Positions 11,457-21,834 of a stretch of 64,000 bases of DNA are shown piece by piece (positions within the stretch are counted from its first letter, which is position 1; every line of letters begins with the position of its first letter). The position numbers were made by a program, and so were the translations under genes. The DNA is from an uncultured candidate division Zixibacteria bacterium (GTDB lineage: Bacteria > Zixibacteria > MSB-5A5 > GN15 > FEB-12), in contig CAWDXE010000008.1 in the NCBI GenBank assembly GCA_963806185.1, forward strand, positions 32,001 to 96,000, given 5' to 3'. The notes under the pieces were generated by a model that was given only the letters and a program-made list of their open reading frames with translations, was not told the DNA's origin and did no database searches.

Positions 11457-11480
11457 AAACCCGCCGCAAGGCGGGTTTTT
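11457..11480 (+). terminator. Intrinsic terminator of the ncRNA
   Basis: AAACCCGCC-GCAA-GGCGGGTTTTT. Confidence 0.88.
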
Positions 11481-11559
11481 CATTGCCCCTCACGACCATA
11501 ATCGGCCGTTGACATCCGCCCCACCCCCTGCCATCTTATTATATAATCCTGGAGTTGCT

Positions 11560-12162
11560 ATGCGGCTTCTCTACACGATCCTGATCATCTCACTCGCCAC
11601 CCTTTTCGGGTGCGGCCAATTATCTAACTCAGGCCCGGGCGGTGAACTCGAACCCCGTCCGCTGATCTCGTCGTCCTGTTGGACCCTGCACGTCCAATTG
11701 GGCGAACGGGGACGAATACCACAGGCCACCGACGATTCTCTCGGGTATACCGCCAGCCGCTCCAAATTCACCCGCTCCGACAAACTCGCGGAGTACGCCG
11801 ACAAGCTTCGCCATCGCCTTTCCGAGAAGTACGGCCTCGTTATCGCCGACAACTGTTATGAAAGCGCCGCAATCGATATCACCCTGTTCGTTTCGAATCT
11901 GAGAGTACGCTACAAAGACAAAGCCGAGTCGGTTGAGTCGTCCTCGGTGCCCAACGATCCAACCGAAGGCCGCTTAAGTCGACTCCACCAGCCCCCACCG
12001 TCAAAGGAGGTCATCCGATCATTTGACGGCATAATGAGGATCGAGGTGCAGGTGATGAGCCCTGTCGGTGATACCGTCGATCAGTTCACACTGTTTGAAA
12101 ATACGGGCGCCAAGGGAGTCGCTGACACTACGGCTGCCCGACTCCGCTTGCCGAAAAGATGA
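11560..12162 (+). CDS. Hypothetical lipoprotein
   Basis: GGAG RBS, hydrophobic stretch ending in LFGC lipobox, TTGACA upstream. Confidence 0.65.
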   Translation: MRLLYTILIISLATLFGCGQLSNSGPGGELEPRPLISSSCWTLHVQLGERGRIPQATDDSLGYTASRSKFTRSDKLAEYADKLRHRLSEKYGLVIADNCYESAAIDITLFVSNLRVRYKDKAESVESSSVPNDPTEGRLSRLHQPPPSKEVIRSFDGIMRIEVQVMSPVGDTVDQFTLFENTGAKGVADTTAARLRLPKR

Positions 12163-12179
12163 ATGTGGTAAGATAAGAG

Positions 12180-12818
12180 CTACTCGCCCTGCGCGATGAC
12201 CGCCTTGATGGCGCCTTCAAAATCCGTACCGAAGCCACTACGATTGACCAGGATGAAGTAACACTCCGGACCGCCGGAGGCAAAGTAGAGTCGATCCCGT
12301 TCCAGCTCCAGCACGCCCTGCCGCCGATTGATACCTACACCGGGCATCCGGCTGAATACCTGCACTATCTCCGCCATCCCTTTCAACACCGAGGCGAACT
12401 GCTTACGGAATTGATCAGACATGGCGCCGCCGATGAAATTCCCCTCGTTGTCGACCCGATAGACTCGAACCACTCCCTCAATTGCCTGCAGTGCCTCGAC
12501 CGTATCGAACGTAGCCGTCTGCACCTTCATGTGCCCGGATTGATCGTCATCCTTGGCGTACGATTCACTCTGGACAATCGTGACGACCTCGGCATGCTGA
12601 CGCTTGATCGTTGCCTCCGCCCGTTGCTGCTCCTCGACAGACTCGATGGCCCGTTCCAGCGGGCGCTCGATCTTGTGCACCACCCGACCCTCTTTGAGAA
12701 TCGTGGTGGTAATACGCGGCCGTGGTCTCGACGCATACTCGGTTTGCACCTGCATCGAAACCTCACCATGTTTCACCAGCGAGGTCCGTCCCGCCGGAAT
12801 GAATGTCATGCCGCTCAT
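12180..12818 (-). CDS. Conserved hypothetical protein (QVQTE domain + possible roadblock-like C-terminal domain)
   Basis: Long ORF downstream of nrdJ; QVQTEY..RITTTILKEGRVV..QH pattern. Confidence 0.65.
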   Translation of the reverse strand: MSGMTFIPAGRTSLVKHGEVSMQVQTEYASRPRPRITTTILKEGRVVHKIERPLERAIESVEEQQRAEATIKRQHAEVVTIVQSESYAKDDDQSGHMKVQTATFDTVEALQAIEGVVRVYRVDNEGNFIGGAMSDQFRKQFASVLKGMAEIVQVFSRMPGVGINRRQGVLELERDRLYFASGGPECYFILVNRSGFGTDFEGAIKAVIAQGE

Positions 12819-12878
12819 ATCAGTAAACTGCGCCGCCGTTTTGGCAAACTACTCCCTAACGTATTGTTATCGACAGTC

Positions 12879-15137
12879 TTAACACTGAGAATAACCACAA
12901 TCTTTGCAGAGGTAACAGCCGGAATCAAACACCATTGAACTGCCGCACTCCGGACACACCTCCGGCGGTTGCCCATGCGATCGCCCATCTTCGTCCAGCG
13001 GCATACCAAAATGCTTGTTCAAAATTTGCGCAATAGCGTCCGGAATCGAAAACACCCGCGCCCCACCCGAAAAAACCTGATTGGAACCGCCAATACCTCG
13101 AAGCTGACGCGCCACCTGCCCCACCGATACTCCCGACCGAAGCGCCAGCGATACCAGCCGGCAAATCGCCTCGGTGTCGGCCATCGTCGTATACCCCGAC
13201 TTACCAATATGGGCAAATACTTCAAACGGCCGGCCGTCATGCACGTTGACCGTCACATATAGATTACCATACCCGGTACGGATCTTCTCGGTAAACCCGG
13301 TGAGTATGTTCGGCCGACGCTCCACCTTGGCGGCATTCTCGTTGTCCCCTTGCTCTGCCTGAGACGCGACTGTCGATAACACCTGGTTGGGGCGGGAATT
13401 GTCCCGATAAATTGTTACTCCCTTGCACCCGAGAGTATACGCCTGTTCGTACGCCGCTTTGACGTCCAGGCGAGTCGCCTTCTCCGGCAAATTGATAGTC
13501 TTTGAAACCGACGAGTCGCAGTTCTTCTGAAATACCGCCTGCATCCGGACATGGTCCTCCGGTGACACGTCAGCCGCCGTAAGAAATATCGCCCGCAACG
13601 ACTCCGGTATCTCCGGGACATCCTTTATCGACCGTCGCGAGGCAATCGTCGCGACCATCCCCTCGGAATAGAAATTCTGCTCCTTGGCCGCCCGCTCAAA
13701 CAGCGGATTCAGATCAAACAGTCTCGTCCCTTCCATCACATTTCGCTCGAACGCAATTGCATAGTACGGCTCGATGCCGCTCGAACAGCCGGCAATGATC
13801 GATATGGTCCCGGTCGGGGCAATGGTGGTGACAGTGGCATTGCGCATCGCCACCTCTTCTCGCCTGTAAATCGACCCCTCCCAGTTCGGAAATCGCCCGC
13901 GCGTCCTCGCTAACTCCGACGAAAATTCCCGGGCGTTCGTTTGAATGAACGACATGACCGTCTCACCCAGCGCTTGCGCTTCGGGACTATCGTATGGCAG
14001 CCGCAGCCTCACCAGCATGTCCGCCCACCCCATCACCCCCAGACCGATACGCCGGTTCTTTTTGGTCTGCCGCTCGATTTCAACAATGGGATACTTGTTC
14101 TGGTCAATGACGTTGTCGAGAAAATGCACGCCTCCCCTCACCGCCTCGCGAAGGCGCGACCAGTCGACGCCGCGCGACGGATCAGTCACGGCATATTCGC
14201 CGGGCAGCGGCTCCTTGACAAACAGACCGAGATTGATGGAACCAAGGTTGCACGAATCATACGGCGGCAACGGCTGTTCACCGCACGGATTGGTCGCCTC
14301 AATCGTCTCCGAGGGCGAAGTCGGGTTGCCCGCATTCATCCGATCAATAAACACGATCCCCGGCTCACCCGTGCGCCAGGCATGGTCAATGATCTTGTCG
14401 AAAACCTCCCTGGCGTCCAGCCGGACTTCGTGCCCCTCCACCACATGAACCGCCTGCGTGTGGGGATTCATCAACGGATAAGTCTTCCCTTCGTGTACGG
14501 CCACCATGAACGAGTCCGTGACCGCCACGGAAATATTGAAATTGGTGACTTCCGACGTATCGTCCTTGCAGGATATGAAATCCAGAATATCAGGATGGTC
14601 GACCCGCAGAATGCCCATGTTGGCGCCGCGCCGGGTTCCCCCCTGCTTGACCGCCTCCGTCGAAGCATTGAACACTTTCATGAATGATATCGGTCCGGAG
14701 GCTACCCCCGATGTCGACGCAACCACGGAATTCTTCGGACGCAGTCGCGAAAATGAAAACCCCGTCCCGCCGCCCGATTTGTGAATCACCGCCGCCTGCT
14801 TGTTGGCCTCGAAGATCTCCTCCATCGAGTCACCCACCGGCAATACAAAACAGGCGGAAAGCTGCCCCAGCGGACGGCCGGCATTCATGAGCGTGGGCGA
14901 ATTCGGCATGAATTCGAGCGCCGCCATCATCTCAAAGAACCGGGCCGCGCTCCGCTCCACCTGTTCGTCGTTCGCTCCGTAATTGCGATCGGCCTCGGCA
15001 ATGAACCGAGCCACCCGCAGAAACAACTCCCGCGGCGATTCGATTACGCGGCCTTCCTTGTCCTTCACCAGATACCGTCGCCGCAAAACCGTCAGGGCGT
15101 TAGGTGAAAGTCCGATTTCCTTTTCGTACCACATCAT
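12879..15137 (-). CDS. nrdJ: Adenosylcobalamin-dependent class II ribonucleotide reductase with C-terminal TSCPD/Zn-ribbon
   Basis: FMPNSPTLMNAG, QLSACF, ATNPCGEQ, SCNLGSINL, TIAPTGTIS, CPECG..CKDCGYSQC. Confidence 0.95.
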   Translation of the reverse strand: MMWYEKEIGLSPNALTVLRRRYLVKDKEGRVIESPRELFLRVARFIAEADRNYGANDEQVERSAARFFEMMAALEFMPNSPTLMNAGRPLGQLSACFVLPVGDSMEEIFEANKQAAVIHKSGGGTGFSFSRLRPKNSVVASTSGVASGPISFMKVFNASTEAVKQGGTRRGANMGILRVDHPDILDFISCKDDTSEVTNFNISVAVTDSFMVAVHEGKTYPLMNPHTQAVHVVEGHEVRLDAREVFDKIIDHAWRTGEPGIVFIDRMNAGNPTSPSETIEATNPCGEQPLPPYDSCNLGSINLGLFVKEPLPGEYAVTDPSRGVDWSRLREAVRGGVHFLDNVIDQNKYPIVEIERQTKKNRRIGLGVMGWADMLVRLRLPYDSPEAQALGETVMSFIQTNAREFSSELARTRGRFPNWEGSIYRREEVAMRNATVTTIAPTGTISIIAGCSSGIEPYYAIAFERNVMEGTRLFDLNPLFERAAKEQNFYSEGMVATIASRRSIKDVPEIPESLRAIFLTAADVSPEDHVRMQAVFQKNCDSSVSKTINLPEKATRLDVKAAYEQAYTLGCKGVTIYRDNSRPNQVLSTVASQAEQGDNENAAKVERRPNILTGFTEKIRTGYGNLYVTVNVHDGRPFEVFAHIGKSGYTTMADTEAICRLVSLALRSGVSVGQVARQLRGIGGSNQVFSGGARVFSIPDAIAQILNKHFGMPLDEDGRSHGQPPEVCPECGSSMVFDSGCYLCKDCGYSQC

Positions 15138-15154
15138 ATCTTCTATCCGTATCG

Positions 15155-15170
15155 GTCCTATATCTTGTTT
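15155..15170 (-). promoter_or_regulatory. Putative NrdR box
   Basis: AAACAAGATATAGGAC resembles acaCwAtATaTwGtgt; lies between an extended -10 (TGTTATACT, 15189-15197) and the nrdJ start. Confidence 0.55.
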
Positions 15171-15360
15171 CGGAATGATCTCTCTCTTAGTATAACACGC
15201 CCCCGACCAAAATAGTGTCACTTTTCGGCCCGCCAGCACTCTCGCTTATCCCTTGGCAAACAACCAGTTAGACTCATTGCGCTGTGGCATTTCCAAAAGA
15301 AAAGCCGGACCATGACGGAGTACAGTCACAGTGCCGGCTTCCCTACTGGAGGAAAAATTC

Positions 15361-16260
15361 TTAAAAGGGCTGCAGCGTGAACGAACGAAGCCGCTCGTCC
15401 AGTTTGATCCTGATCTTGTTGTTCAACGTATCAAAGCCCGGCGATCGTAATTCGCCACCATGTTCTTCAAAACCCATCTGCTGAGCAAGATAGTCGGCGT
15501 AATCCGTGCCGGTGATCTGAATACCACTGGTGTTTGGCACGCGCAATTTAAGCTCCGAGTTGTCCCCGAGAATATCCACGTCAACATCCTTCTCCAGGTC
15601 GCCCAGCTTGACATAAATCTCAGCGTCGTGCGCCTCCAGACGCAACTGCTTGAGCGGTGTCGTGGCCAGGTTGAGATGAATGTTCGAATTATCACCTGAG
15701 CAGTTGAGCACGAGCGGCACCAGCTTCGAGAACGACAGATACCAGTCATTGATATCTTCCATATCAACCTTGACCATGCCGCCAAATAACTTGGTCCGTC
15801 CACCGGTCATCTCGATCTTGCCCGTACTCCCTTCGACACTGTAAGAAATGTCAGGCTTTTGCGTGTACTCCTTAAACCGCGCGTACACTAGATCGTCGGT
15901 AGCGTCTCGGACCGTCAGGTCACCGCCGCCAAGCTGAATATCCGCTACCAAGTTCTGCACCGACGGATCATTATCCTGTTGGAATACTTTCTCCGACATG
16001 AATCGCTCTTCATCCGATCCCGTACCGGTCCAGGCAACCCAGATGAACCCCGCCACCATCGCCACCGAAGCCAGATATGAGATGAACTCGAACCGCGTCT
16101 TGGTAAAAATCTTCTCGACCCCGACGGCGATCAGGAAAAACGGCAGGAACGAAACGACGTAGATCCAGAAGTGCTCCCCGATCACATTGGCATTGCGCAG
16201 CAACAGCAGCGCCCCGATCAGGATGAGGATCATCCCCCAGCGAAACCGTGCCGGTGTCAT
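15361..16260 (-). CDS. DUF5668/LiaF-like membrane protein with C-terminal beta-solenoid
   Basis: WGMILILIGALLLL..LPFFLIAVG TM pattern, beta-repeat C-terminus; overlaps the pspC stop. Confidence 0.7.
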   Translation of the reverse strand: MTPARFRWGMILILIGALLLLRNANVIGEHFWIYVVSFLPFFLIAVGVEKIFTKTRFEFISYLASVAMVAGFIWVAWTGTGSDEERFMSEKVFQQDNDPSVQNLVADIQLGGGDLTVRDATDDLVYARFKEYTQKPDISYSVEGSTGKIEMTGGRTKLFGGMVKVDMEDINDWYLSFSKLVPLVLNCSGDNSNIHLNLATTPLKQLRLEAHDAEIYVKLGDLEKDVDVDILGDNSELKLRVPNTSGIQITGTDYADYLAQQMGFEEHGGELRSPGFDTLNNKIRIKLDERLRSFTLQPF

Positions 16261-16724
16261 AACGTCGTCCCTCCGTTGTGCGCCCCGCCGTTACTATACT
16301 GAGTCGATTTGCCGTTCCGCGTCTTGTGCAACAACAGGAACAGTCCCACGATAATCAGCAGGATGGGCCATATGCTGTGAAAACTGAACCACCAGAAAAA
16401 CTTGCGTACCAAAAGGATCAAACCCAGCAGCACCAGAAACAGCCCGGGCAGGTAGCGCCAGATGCTCGACTCTCGGTGCATCGACGGCATGGTCGGCGGT
16501 ATGTCCGCCGTGGTCGATTGCCGTGCTGTATTCGGATACGGGGCAGGCTGGATCACCACCCAGCAGATGAGGTAACCGATGAAACCGACACCAAACGACG
16601 CCAGTGCGATCAGAACCATGGCGATTCTGACAATCACCGCATCGATATCAAAATACTCGGCCAGACCGCCGCAAACACCGGCGATCTTCTGATCGGTCAC
16701 TGAGCGATACAGTCTCTTTGCCAT
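16257..16724 (-). CDS. PspC-domain protein with C-terminal DUF5668-like TM pair
   Basis: KRLYRS..IAGVCGGLAEYFDID..YLICWVVI. Confidence 0.9.
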   Translation of the reverse strand: MAKRLYRSVTDQKIAGVCGGLAEYFDIDAVIVRIAMVLIALASFGVGFIGYLICWVVIQPAPYPNTARQSTTADIPPTMPSMHRESSIWRYLPGLFLVLLGLILLVRKFFWWFSFHSIWPILLIIVGLFLLLHKTRNGKSTQYSNGGAHNGGTTL

Positions 16725-16754
16725 AGTAGCTTTACCTCCAGTCTACTCTGAAGA

Positions 16755-16781
16755 TACGAGCCGGCTCGGCAAAAGGTTACA
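16755..16781 (-). promoter_or_regulatory. ECF (SigW-like) promoter TGTAAC-N17-CGTA
   Basis: Upstream of the GGAGG RBS of pspC, next to an ECF sigma/anti-sigma pair. Confidence 0.55.
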
Positions 16782-16792
16782 GGCGAACGGAA

Positions 16793-17932
16793 TTACTTTC
16801 CGACCATGAGACGGTCCAGGAGAACCCGCGCCGAGTCGCGATTGGCGGACTCTGGGTTATCGGCAATTTTACGGAGGTGATCGGTGGCCAACCGGATTTC
16901 AGCGGAATCCTGCCCTAGTTGGGCAATCTGATACCAGGCTTCAAGGTACATCAACTCGCGCTTGGCGGATTCGTCCGACGCTGCCACATTCCCCTTGGCT
17001 CGACGATCTTGCTGCAGAGCATTGGGGGCAACCGCATTGAACAACCCCTTGGCCTGTCTGTCTGACAACATCGGCTCGAGCGAATCCCTCACCGCCCGCC
17101 AACGGTCCAACTCGGCGTGATTCATGTCGCCAATTGAATCGATTGCCGGCATCGCCTCATCCGCCGCAATATCCGGCCGTGGCGACCTCGCTAGGCCGGC
17201 TGTCTGTAAGTTCTCCGGGGCGGAGTTCGTGTCAATGACATCTTCGCCGCTTGGTAGCGCCGCCGTTCGCTCTTCAAACTGCACAGCGGTAGTGGTTGCT
17301 GCCGGTGAGACTCGAGTCATCCCAGGTTGAGCACTCGATTCCTTTTCGATTTTTTCCTGCTTGATCTGGCTGGCCGGCTTGTTTACGTCCGGTTCCGCCT
17401 TGCGCATTCGCCCAGACTCTTCCTGAGTCTTGTCGTCGGCGATTTGCTCTTCATCGATCGGTTCCTCAGTCGGCACGACCGGCACGGCCTTCCGCAACGA
17501 TTGCTCGGGCATTACGGGGGGTGCCTGAATCGTGTCGGTGATCATCGGCTTGGGCGCCGGCGCCATCATCTGTTTCTCGTTAAGAAATCTGTCCTTGTTG
17601 ACAGCGATAAACGTGATCAACACCGCCGAGGCCGCCACCGCCGAAATCTTCCACCCCAATCCGCGCCACACTGACTTGCGAGAAATCGGCGTCACTACCG
17701 TCTCGACAATCCCCAGCCTTTGTTCGATCTTCTGTGCCGCCTTCTCCCAATACAGATCGTCGCCCAATTCCGCCTTGTCACGCACCAGTTGATCAAACCG
17801 TTCGAGCCGATCGTACAACTTTCGGCACGACTCGCATTCTTCCAGATGCCGCCGAATCATCTCATGCTCATCGGCGGGCAGACCTTTGTCGCGATAGGCG
17901 GAAATGCGATCTTCAAAATAGGCGTGGTCCAT
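16793..17932 (-). CDS. zf-HC2 anti-sigma factor
   Basis: HLEECESC, one TM helix, downstream of an ECF sigma. Confidence 0.88.
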   Translation of the reverse strand: MDHAYFEDRISAYRDKGLPADEHEMIRRHLEECESCRKLYDRLERFDQLVRDKAELGDDLYWEKAAQKIEQRLGIVETVVTPISRKSVWRGLGWKISAVAASAVLITFIAVNKDRFLNEKQMMAPAPKPMITDTIQAPPVMPEQSLRKAVPVVPTEEPIDEEQIADDKTQEESGRMRKAEPDVNKPASQIKQEKIEKESSAQPGMTRVSPAATTTAVQFEERTAALPSGEDVIDTNSAPENLQTAGLARSPRPDIAADEAMPAIDSIGDMNHAELDRWRAVRDSLEPMLSDRQAKGLFNAVAPNALQQDRRAKGNVAASDESAKRELMYLEAWYQIAQLGQDSAEIRLATDHLRKIADNPESANRDSARVLLDRLMVGK

Positions 17933-17949
17933 ACAATCTCACTGGACAG

Positions 17950-18540
17950 TCATTCCAGCAAATCCTTCAGTTGCTCCATCAGCAGTTTTCGAGCGCGATA
18001 CAATCGTGAGTCAACCGTCCCCGGTGGGATCTTCAGGTAACTCGCTATGTCGGTATACTCCATATCCTCAAAATGCCGGAGGACAAACACGGTCCGATAA
18101 GCAGTCGGCAGGGCGGCGAGCGCCTTGTAGAAACGGCGTTGCGCCTCGTCATCCATCATCTTATCCAGCGGCCCCAGATCGGCGGTCGACGGATCAAAAC
18201 CGATATCGGAAAGCTCCTCCAGCGACTCCTTTTTCTCCTGGCGCGTGATCTGATTGTAGGCCAGGTTGCGGGCGATGGTCGACAACCAGGGGTAAAACGA
18301 CGCCCCCGGGCTGAAAGTCTTGATGGCGCTGTACGCCTTAACAAACGCCTCCTGAACTATATCCTCGGCCTGGTCGAACGACCCGGTCAAACCGTAGACA
18401 AAGCGGAATAAGCGCTTCTGGTGCAGTCGGATAAGCTGGCCAAATGCCCGCCCATCGCCGTACTGCGCCTGCTCGATCAGCTTCGCTTCTTCGAGCGGCT
18501 TCTCCGACTTTGGTACCCTTGGGGTTACGTTTTCTTCCAC
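17950..18540 (-). CDS. ECF sigma factor
   Basis: GDGRAFGQL, AEDIVQEAFVKAY, WLSTIARN, GTVDSRLYRAR. Confidence 0.95.
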   Translation of the reverse strand: MEENVTPRVPKSEKPLEEAKLIEQAQYGDGRAFGQLIRLHQKRLFRFVYGLTGSFDQAEDIVQEAFVKAYSAIKTFSPGASFYPWLSTIARNLAYNQITRQEKKESLEELSDIGFDPSTADLGPLDKMMDDEAQRRFYKALAALPTAYRTVFVLRHFEDMEYTDIASYLKIPPGTVDSRLYRARKLLMEQLKDLLE

Positions 18541-18556
18541 GGTTTTTTCTGATCTG

Positions 18557-19562
18557 CTAAGCGGTCGATGGTGACATGATCCGCAATATTACCTGCTCCA
18601 CCGCCAGCTCCTGGCTGGGGGGCTGACGTCGAAGATCGGCATCCAGTTCGGCCAACGCTAATAGAATCTGCTCCAGTTGGGCGCTCGAATACTTCCCCGC
18701 CTGTTGTCGGTATTTCCCCGCCAGCCATTGCTGATTACCCGGTAGCGGCTGATTGTTTTTGGCCAGGTATAACGCTAGGAAATGTTTCGCCACCCAAAAA
18801 ACAATGCCCGTCGCCCCGTTCCCGTCGGCAAAGAGCTGTCGCACTTCTATGAGCACCTGCTGCTTATTCCCGGCCACGATCTGATCGGCCAGGTTGAAGA
18901 TGGAATAGACTTCATACCCGGAGCAGACCCGACGCACCGTCTCCTCGTCGATCACCGCCCCGGCCGACGCATACGATATCAGCTTGTCGGTCTCGTTGTC
19001 GAGCGCTCCCCGATTGCCCGCGATCATTCTCGTCAACTGCGCCACGGCATCGCGATTAATCGTCAACTGCGCCTTAGCCAGCTTCCTGGTAATCACGGTT
19101 GCCATCTCCGCCTCGGAGAGCTTTGGAAATTCCACCACCTCCGCCACTTGCTTGACGGCCGTGATAAAAGCCGAACTCTTCTTCGGCACACGCGCCGACG
19201 GTGTGCTCAAGCACGATCACCCGGTTCGGATCGGTGGGCGAAAACATCTTGAGTATCTTCTGAAGATCGGTCGGCTTGTAGTGCTGAATATCCGACACGG
19301 CGATCACCTGCTTCTCGCCCAACATGGGGAAAGCGGCCAGCTCGTTGATCAGGTCGGCTGCCCCGGTCTTGCGCCCGTCGAGACGACGGTAGTTGGTCGA
19401 GCGCTGGGTTCCGGGAAGGAACTGCGTGGCAATGAACTTCTCTGCTTCGATGATCCGGTAGTCCTCCGGACCAAAAAAGTAATAGACCGGCTTGAACTTG
19501 CCGGCGGCGATATCATTGACCAGTTGTTGAGCGGTGGTGACGACCACCTTTTCGCGAGCCAT
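18557..19562 (-). CDS. holA: DNA polymerase III subunit delta (apparent +1 indel near 19210)
   Basis: PVYYFFGPEDY, FPMLGEKQVI in one frame, continuing as STPSAR..LDNETDKL..IFNLADQI..D.DLR in another. Confidence 0.85.
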
Positions 19563-19593
19563 GCGCTAAATAAGCGACAGCCGCAGAAGATGG

Positions 19594-19974
19594 TCAATCG
19601 AAAAGGGAATCGAAGACGGAGTTGTCGCGCGACGGAATCCAGTCGACGGAAAAGCGATATTTTTGACGGTACTTGACCGTCTTCTCGAAAAGCGGCAGAA
19701 ACTCGTCGGGAATCGCCTCGCGACCGTTGAGTTGGTTGATCAGATTGAGATTGTCGCCGTATATGCTGAACGTATGGTTTGAGAAGTATTTCTGGTTGGA
19801 GTCGATAAACTCAAGGAGAGCCAGCAACGACGCCAGATCGTTGTGGTTCTTGTCGACCCCGGCAAACGGTGCTTTGAACCTGATACCAACATCCGGGATA
19901 TGAAAAATCACCACGGCCGACTTGCCGGCCGCTTCCGGATCCGGCAGCTCAACGGCGCCAAAAAAACAGTCCAT
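19594..19974 (-). CDS. RNase HI-like (RVT_3) domain protein, catalytically degenerate
   Basis: NHNDLASLLALLE, IYGDNLNLINQLNG, WIPSRDNSVFDSL match RNase HI-like motifs; first acidic residue absent. Confidence 0.65.
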   Translation of the reverse strand: MDCFFGAVELPDPEAAGKSAVVIFHIPDVGIRFKAPFAGVDKNHNDLASLLALLEFIDSNQKYFSNHTFSIYGDNLNLINQLNGREAIPDEFLPLFEKTVKYRQKYRFSVDWIPSRDNSVFDSLFD

Positions 19975-20137
19975 GCCTCAAGACAAGGCAAGCCGTATGC
20001 CCTTACCGACCGACCAAGCGAGGACTCGTCCGGTTCAAATTACCCATTGTCAAACAACAGCTTAGCCAAGCCGAACCAACTATGGTCACGCCGCCAGTGC
20101 AACCTGGTTCACAGTTTTTGCTCCTGTGACCGTCATT

Positions 20138-21823
20138 CTACTTCTTCTTCCGGGCCGCCTTCCCCCCGGAAAACAGCGGCGGATGAAGCTGGTGAAACCC
20201 CGTCGCTTCCTGATATGCCCGTGCCACCGCCAGCACCGTCGCCTCATCATATAACTTCCCCAAAAACGTGATACTGACCGGTTTTCCCGTCGAATCAAAC
20301 CCGTTTGGCACCACCACGCACGGATTGCTTGTCAAATTGGTCAAAAGTAGATTATTCCCCGAAAACGCCGGCGCCACATACACGTCGATCGTGTCCATCA
20401 ACCGCCCCATCTCCTCGATCATCTTCGTCCGGAACCTGTTCGCCTGGATGTACTCCACCGCCGGCACCAATCGGGCCGCGCGAAAGACATTGGGCCAGGC
20501 GTCCCGTACCTGCCGCACCAGAAGGGTATCCCGGTCCGATCGAGTCAACTCGTCAAATGCCGCTGCCGCTTCCAGCATGCAGTATGAGTGCCATCGCTTC
20601 GATTGGCGCCTTGGGCAGACTGATCTCATGCAGCTGCACTCCCATCTTGCGCAGCGCATCAAGCCCGGCCATGTCCTGCGCCAGCATCGGCGTATCGTTG
20701 GCGAAATCTTCCTTCAAATATCCTATCCGCAACTTCGTGATATCAATGGTCGGCGTATAGTTGTAGGCAGCACTGATCAACGACGGATCAACTTTGTCCG
20801 GCCCGATGATCGCATCAAACACCACCGCGCAATCCTCTACCGACCGGCAGATCGGTCCGATCTTGTCCATCGACCACGACAATGCCATCGCCCCTGTCCG
20901 ACTCACCCGACCGTAGGTCGGACGCAGCCCGGTCGTCCCGCATACGGTCGACGGCGACACGATCGATCCCCATGTCTCTGTCCCAATCGCAAACGGCAAG
21001 CAATCCTGCCGATACGGCCGATGCTGATCCCGCCGATGATCCGCTCGACCCTTCCGCCGTATCCCACGGATTGCGCGTCATTGCGCCATACCAGACATCA
21101 CCCCACGCCAACTCCCCCATCGACATCTTGGCGACCAGGATCGCCCCGGCGGAATCCAGTTTCCTGAATCACCGTCGCATCCTCGTCGATCACCTGATCT
21201 TTGTACGGCACCGATCCCCAGGTCGTCTTGTACCCCTTCACCGCCAGCAGGTCTTTGGCCCCATACGGAATGCCATGCAGCGGCCCGATGTAATGCCCTG
21301 CCGCAATCGCCCCGTCTACCATCGCTGCGCGTTCCAGCGCCCGCTTCTCGGTCAGGGTGATGACGCAATGAAGCACCGGATCATACTTCTTCAATCGATC
21401 TATGAAGAGCTGCGTGAGCTGCACCGATGTCACCTGCCTGGTCCGAATCAACTCACCAAGCTGCCTGACTGTGTAAAACGCCAGATCATCCATCTTTTTG
21501 GGCATCGCCACCGGCTCGATCGGACTCAGTTCAATCGGGCGGTCATCAGTCTTGACGACAAATCCGACCGGTCTCGGATTAAACTGCACTGCCGGCCAAA
21601 CTTGATTGGGAATATTCAGCGCGTGCAGTTTTGCATACGACCGGAGATAATCGCGCAGGTCGCCGAGCATGCTGTCGCGCTGGGCGGGAGTGAAGCTGAT
21701 ATCAATCAAATCCTCGTATGCCGCAACCTTGTCAGGCACGACTTTCATCGTGTCCTGGGCCTTCAGGGTTCCTGCCATGAACAGCATGGCCGCAAAGAGC
21801 AGGAATTCTCCAAGTATCTTCAT
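20138..21823 (-). CDS. Amidase-signature family enzyme, exported (three apparent +1 indels near 21163, 21000, 20573)
   Basis: GPLHGIPYGAKD, GSSGSSAGSA, AIGTETWGSIVSPS, GLRPTYGRVS spread over four ORF pieces. Confidence 0.88.
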
Positions 21824-21834
21824 CGCCGCTCTCC

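Noticed and set aside
11157..11483. 108-aa minus-strand ORF
   Set aside because: No motifs or RBS; overlaps the structured RNA with its plus-strand promoter and terminator.
15138..15360. Cobalamin riboswitch before nrdJ
   Set aside because: No B12-box (GCCACTG, AGYCAG) seen; the space is taken by a promoter, NrdR-like box and terminator.
19200..21170. Programmed frameshifting or pseudogenes in holA and the amidase
   Set aside because: No slippery sequences seen; scattered +1 indels in several unrelated genes point to sequencing error.
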